A stretch of 64,000 nucleotides of DNA from Veleropilina oligotropha. Lineage: Eukaryota. This document shows, in pieces, positions 62,101-64,000 of this stretch (its first letter is position 1; every line of letters begins with the position of its first letter). The stretch lies in contig JBEUKZ010000002.1 of NCBI GenBank assembly GCA_048128005.1, forward strand, positions 62,001 to 126,000. The letters are read 5' to 3'. The notes beneath the pieces are model-generated. The model made no database searches and was not told the DNA's origin. It saw nothing but the letters and a program-made list of their open reading frames with translations. The position numbers were made by a program, and so were the translations under genes.

Positions 62101-63454
62101 TTTCTGACGATGAATACCTCGCAACACAACTCCAAATATCGACAACAAGGGGATGCCCCTAGCTCGGCAATCGACATAAACTGAATCGACCTCTATTGGC
62201 GGCATTTATCGATGAATATGAATGACGTACTGTCATGTCGACATTTGTGCCTATGCTGCTGAAGGCTTTGTGTCGAATTAAGTGTCGCCAATGATGCCGA
62301 CAGCGATAAGACTAACATAATGTCAAATTCTAGGAAAATAAAGTTGCCAACCAGCCGACTTTATTAGCGTGGAAAAGCGTGGATACCAATTCGCCTGACT
62401 GTTCTTATTAACAGAAGTGAGTTCGATCCTCGGTTGACCATTATGTTCAGCTAAAGTTACATTGCCATTAAGTAGCGAAAAATACTTTTTAATGTAAACC
62501 CTAGACCGCAATTGTATTTTTGCCAGTTAGCCGAAGTTAGAAACTTTGCAATTTTTCAAAAAATGTAGATAATTAAAAGTGACAAATAATAAAACCGGTT
62601 CCGGTTTTATTATGAGGAACGGACATTTCGCTGAGAGAAATTTCGTTAAGTTTGGCACTGTCTTATTTAACTTGGAAATTGTGGAAAAGTTGAAGTGCAA
62701 CATTATACTGATTTAATATTTTACAATGATGACACATCGCATGAAGTTTTGATAAATATATTTTTCATTTTTGACAAACATCGATGAAAATTCTAACGAA
62801 TCAAATTGTGCTGACGAATTGAGTTGAACGAATTGACCGAATGGTCACCATAATTTCCGCCGTTGAATAGCAATAGTGTACCAGCGGGCAGCGATTTCAG
62901 CAAACAATGTGGGTTATTTCACTTTGAATCACCAAAATGTTTTATGACATCCACATATATGCAAGTAAAGAAATGTATGTCATTATACGATATTTACCGA
63001 CAATGCACTGGCTTTTAACAGTCACCACGGGCACGTCTCCTCGTGCGACAGGACTTTTCCCACCACAATATGGACATGTCGTGGTGTGAGACTGAAGGGT
63101 GTGTAATAACATCGCTCCAAATTATGTCAACGTTATACAGACAATATCGACAGAACACTGTATTTACAATTGACACACATATCAAACCGTACTTAATTAA
63201 GCTTTAAGCAATAATCACTGCATACAGTACAAATTTAAATAATATTGTACGTTGTCCTACACCAAATATATCCGTTTATTTTTGGATCATAAAAACCTCA
63301 ACTATTTTGTACCTTTGTTTCTGATGAGCATCTCCAGCTTAGCGGTGATGACTAATGGTACAGCAGTCATTATGGCCACACGTGATGCGTATTCGAGAAT
63401 CGTCTGGTTACATGTCCATAAAACTCCACACCTATATCCAGCTAGTCCGAAATC
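50169..63454 (-). CDS. ACCS: ACC synthase-like gene B (paralog); last four exons, 5' part beyond the window
   Basis: Exons 63313-63454 (DFGLAGYRCGVLWTCN), 61618-61760 (WVNSVYLPTN...GKAGFFIWMDLSE), 50656-50809 (PGWFRMIF) and 50169-50242 (LERIKTFV...QD*). Lengths 142/143/154 and phases are identical to gene A. Confidence 0.9.
51023..51496. repeat. 34-bp minisatellite (~14 copies)
   Basis: Unit GCAGACCACGGTATTAGAGTGAATAAGAGTGC(G/A)T, with no spacers. Confidence 0.95.
51925..53100 (+). mobile_element. 5'-truncated L2/CR1-group LINE with 3' UTR and (ATCT)n tail
   Basis: VQKTKFLGIIIDEHLNWNEH, NYGLSIWG, HHYNTQ, PSLWGKL; ends AAATAAATATCTATCTATCT. Confidence 0.75.
54481..54815 (+). pseudogene. C-terminal remnant of a Polinton A32/FtsK-like packaging ATPase
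   Basis: VIVLDDLM (Walker B), LFTEGSHHINLSVIAINQ/LYY, RNCHYLILFN.P..KQLIMTLGRQVYP, KATKQRYGYMLLDFK...RIRTN, across two frameshifts. Walker A is absent. Confidence 0.85.
54941..55459 (+). CDS. 172-aa Polinton accessory ORF with an N-terminal C2HC zinc finger and acidic tail
   Basis: CNFCGLLFDDRSSLQEHVKDWC, an NLS-like KKRK, and AATAAA signals after the stop. Directly follows the ATPase remnant. Confidence 0.6.
   Translation: MVSCNFCGLLFDDRSSLQEHVKDWCHGNSKKRKLDVDIIIKESVDDESKVFDKLMKLSHDKNKPLFEGKYDRYIKKGLNDEEAAEKTNGKLYLENLTQVMNKHKGILIYIKRLRHGRVHNKVMEKMDTYLEVGHGTKASINMVVNKLQPEIKTYWQSDTSEGDSDKTDEENE
55850..58989. mobile_element. Possible EnSpm/CACTA-like non-autonomous element nested in the Polinton derivative
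   Basis: Right end ...TTTTGCCCACTGGG with dense ACAACG/CGACGT subterminal motifs at ~58520-58985, and similar motifs at ~55870-56110. Left terminus and TSD not resolved. Confidence 0.35.
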
Positions 63455-64000
63455 CTAGGAGAAAATCAAGCCAAATGTTAGCATTGCATGATAGAGCAGC
63501 AATATTGATCCAGACCGGGTTACAAAATTGAGCTAACAAACCCGGATGTAAAGTGTGGGTTTATCGTCTTTATTCACGTGTTGAGCACACGGTCTCATGA
63601 CGTCACTGCTACATAATATACATGATCAACAAGTTCAGAATGACATATCACTGTATGGACCAGCTTGCCTGTTTCGGACAGATTTCATCTCATATGTACC
63701 TGAGAGTACTAGCTATATGCAATACATGATCTAATTTCTATAATTTGCCGACAACCACGGATGACTAAGATCGACTGTGCTATTTTAATGCTCAAGGGTC
63801 GTCGACTAAATAGGAGAGCGAACAACCATGGACCTTATCAATTTACAAACCCCATGTTCAGTATCCGGCCTATATATGTGCCGAATCGGTATTTCATGTA
63901 ACTTGACATCATATCTCAATATCAATTATGTTGCGCATGCGTGACCTGATTAATTAGATTAAATATAATTTGTTTGGGTTTATAAAGCGCATTACTGCCA

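Overview
This window is AT-rich, repeat-dense animal (probably marine invertebrate) genomic DNA, not prokaryotic. (1) Bases 1-6777 are the right-hand part of a GC-rich, intronless Polinton/Maverick-like endogenous virus. It carries small hydrophobic ORFs, a retroviral-type (rve) integrase, a Zn-finger ORF and an intact 1301-aa replication protein. That protein fuses a Rho-N/HeH-like module, a possible vOTU-like region, a protein-primed PolB-like palm with no recognisable exonuclease and a deviant motif B, an SF1 (RecD/Pif1-like) helicase and a C-terminal HNH/EndoVII-like nuclease. The element ends in ...CCCCCCCTGCTGCT, directly against a MITE. (2) The host genes form a cluster of ACC-synthase-like (ACCS, class I PLP enzyme) paralogs: gene A on + (13 phase-consistent exons, 23403-46529), gene B on - (last 4 exons, 50169-63454, tail to tail with A), and an inverted two-exon relic of a third copy (about 10012-15794) with an Academ transposon inserted inside an exon. 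(3) Transposons are nested throughout: three Academ elements with 3-bp TSDs (one a near-complete AcademX), a MULE, an IS3EU-like MITE with a 6-bp TSD, a DD37D Tc1/mariner, LINE and SINE fragments, and a second, canonical AGTAGT-ended Polinton deletion derivative (53576-60748, TSD TGGGAT) in an intron of gene B. All calls come from reading motifs, splice sites, TIRs and TSDs by eye; no searches were run.
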